64,000 bases of DNA from Candidatus Latescibacterota bacterium (GTDB taxonomy: Bacteria > Latescibacterota > UBA2968): contig OZ220741.1 in the NCBI GenBank assembly GCA_965116885.1, positions 5,440,001 to 5,504,000 on the forward strand, written 5' to 3'. Both the position numbers and the translations under genes were made by a program. The notes under the pieces are model-generated. The model ran no database searches, was not told where the DNA came from, and saw only the letters and a list, made by a program, of their open reading frames with translations. Positions 62,831 to 64,000 of the stretch are shown here, piece after piece. Positions within the stretch are counted from its first letter, which is position 1. Every line of letters begins with the position of its first letter.

Positions 62831-62873
62831 CTCGTGATTCTTTACAGAAACATCAACGAAAGGAAGGTGCGTC

Positions 62874-63713
62874 ATACAGAGCATAATCAAAGGCATTCTT
62901 TTTACAGTCTTATTGGGACTTTTCGCGGTTGCATCTGCCCAACTGCCGCACACCGGGGATAGTGCGCCTTCACCTGGAGAAACTTTTCAAGATTGTGCTG
63001 AATGTCCAAAGATGGTGGTGATACCATCGGGATCGTTCAGGATGGGATCACCCGCGCGTGAGAGGGGTGATGCTAATGAAAGGCCGTTGCATAGGGTACG
63101 TATAGATTACCGGTTTGCGGTGGGGGTATATGAGGTAACATTTGACGAATGGTATGCTTGTCTGGATGCAGGAGGTTGTGGAAACTATCTTCCGGATATT
63201 CCAGATAATAGCTGGGACCGCGAGAATCGTCCTGTGATCAATGTGAGTTGGGACGATGCACAGTCTTATGTTAGTTGGTTGTCAGACCGGACGGGTAAAA
63301 CGTATCGTTTATTGAGTGAATCGGAATGGGAGTATGTGGCGCGTGCTGGTTCAACGACGAAGTATAGCTGGGGAGACAGCATCGGTGTCAACCGTGTCAA
63401 TTGTGTCGCTTGCGGCGATCAGTGGGGTAGTAAGACAGCGCCAGCGGGATCGTTCGCGGCCAATGCTTGGGGCGTTCACGATATGCACGGGAATGTAATG
63501 GAATGGGTACAGGACTGTAGGAACGACAGTTATGAAGGTGCGCCTACTGATGGAAGTGCCTGGCTATCTGGAGACTGCGACAGGCGCATGTTTCGTGGTG
63601 GTTCGTGGTGCCTCGCTCCGAGTTACTTGCGCTCTGCAGAACGCTACGGGATCTCCACCGATGATCGGGAATTCGTCTGCGGACTCGGTTTTCGAGTTGC
63701 CCGGTCTTTTTAG
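62874..63713 (+). CDS. Secreted FGE/SUMF1-domain protein (paralogue); apparent ATA start
   Basis: Same motifs as the first copy; SD AGGAAGG 6 nt before ATA, giving the signal peptide (M)QSIIKGILFTVLLGLFAVASA. Confidence 0.88.
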   Translation: MQSIIKGILFTVLLGLFAVASAQLPHTGDSAPSPGETFQDCAECPKMVVIPSGSFRMGSPARERGDANERPLHRVRIDYRFAVGVYEVTFDEWYACLDAGGCGNYLPDIPDNSWDRENRPVINVSWDDAQSYVSWLSDRTGKTYRLLSESEWEYVARAGSTTKYSWGDSIGVNRVNCVACGDQWGSKTAPAGSFAANAWGVHDMHGNVMEWVQDCRNDSYEGAPTDGSAWLSGDCDRRMFRGGSWCLAPSYLRSAERYGISTDDREFVCGLGFRVARSF

Positions 63714-64000
63714 CTCCTCTCATCTAACAGATGCCCAAATGCTTCAAGACTGGACACCTGAATCGCCGCTCGGTGCAACTGCTTGAGGCGTTGCAGATCG
63801 TCGATAGCGGCAATGCGAGCAGATATGGGGTGTGACTCAGACATATCAAATCTCTAACACTTCGAGGATATCTTCAAGCGTGCTTTTTCTTTCCCCTTGC
63901 TCAAAACTTTCCTCTCTGCTTTGTTGGGTAAGGTGTTGAAAAAGAGATGATTCGCGAATGAGATCCATGTGGGCTTCTCTTTGTAAAGTTTTTATACTCA
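63710..64000 (-). pseudogene. C-terminus of an Rpn/transposase_31-like protein with a frameshift near 63848; the 5' part lies outside the window
   Basis: ...MDLIRESSLFQHL..EQGERK..EDILEVLEI* then, in another frame, FDMSE..IAAIDDLQRLKQLHRAAIQVSSLEAF. Confidence 0.7.

Noticed and set aside
62015..63713. True formylglycine-generating enzymes serving the sulfatase
   Set aside because: Lack the catalytic CxxxxC..YR motif and carry signal peptides.

Overview
Bacterial chromosomal window of moderate GC, gene-dense, with no rRNA, tRNA or CRISPR array seen. The abundance of sulfatase, heparinase and FGE-domain genes and of BrnTA modules suggests an FCB-group or Poribacteria-like marine or sponge-associated organism; this is inference only. 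1-16.6 kb: a divergent amino-sugar/polysaccharide catabolic region (sulfatase, lactonase, leuB, nagB, D-aminoacylase and a membrane protein on one side; creatininase-like, SelA/DgaE-like PLP enzyme, amidohydrolase, deacetylase, heparinase II/III, M14-like and pectate lyase on the other). 16.7-38.3 kb: brnTA, crcB, CreD-like, peptidase, dehydrogenases, dCMP deaminase, GGDEF, a complete TnpB-only IS605/IS1341 element, oadGBA-birA and yejABEF. 38.3-48.5 kb is the most interesting part: an AT-rich, sigma54-driven, minus-strand island encoding AraC, a glycosyltransferase, HlyD, a 107-aa protein with a 'MKxLxKR...VEAY' RiPP-type leader on a Cys-free, Thr-rich 85-aa core, a TPR/C39-like lipoprotein, a lipoprotein paralogue of that core, a peptidase-less ABC exporter and an S8 protease fused to a peptide-maturation-like domain. 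It looks like an undescribed leader-directed small-protein (glyco)export system. 48.5-61.3 kb: housekeeping genes (hydrolase, DUF362, kinase-like, glnE, glnB, aminotransferase, LutC, glgB). 61.3-64 kb: a second sigma54 locus with two secreted FGE/C-type-lectin-fold paralogues whose C-termini carry a DGR-like variable-region signature, followed by a frameshifted Rpn-like gene. All family assignments come from motif recognition by eye, not from database searches.
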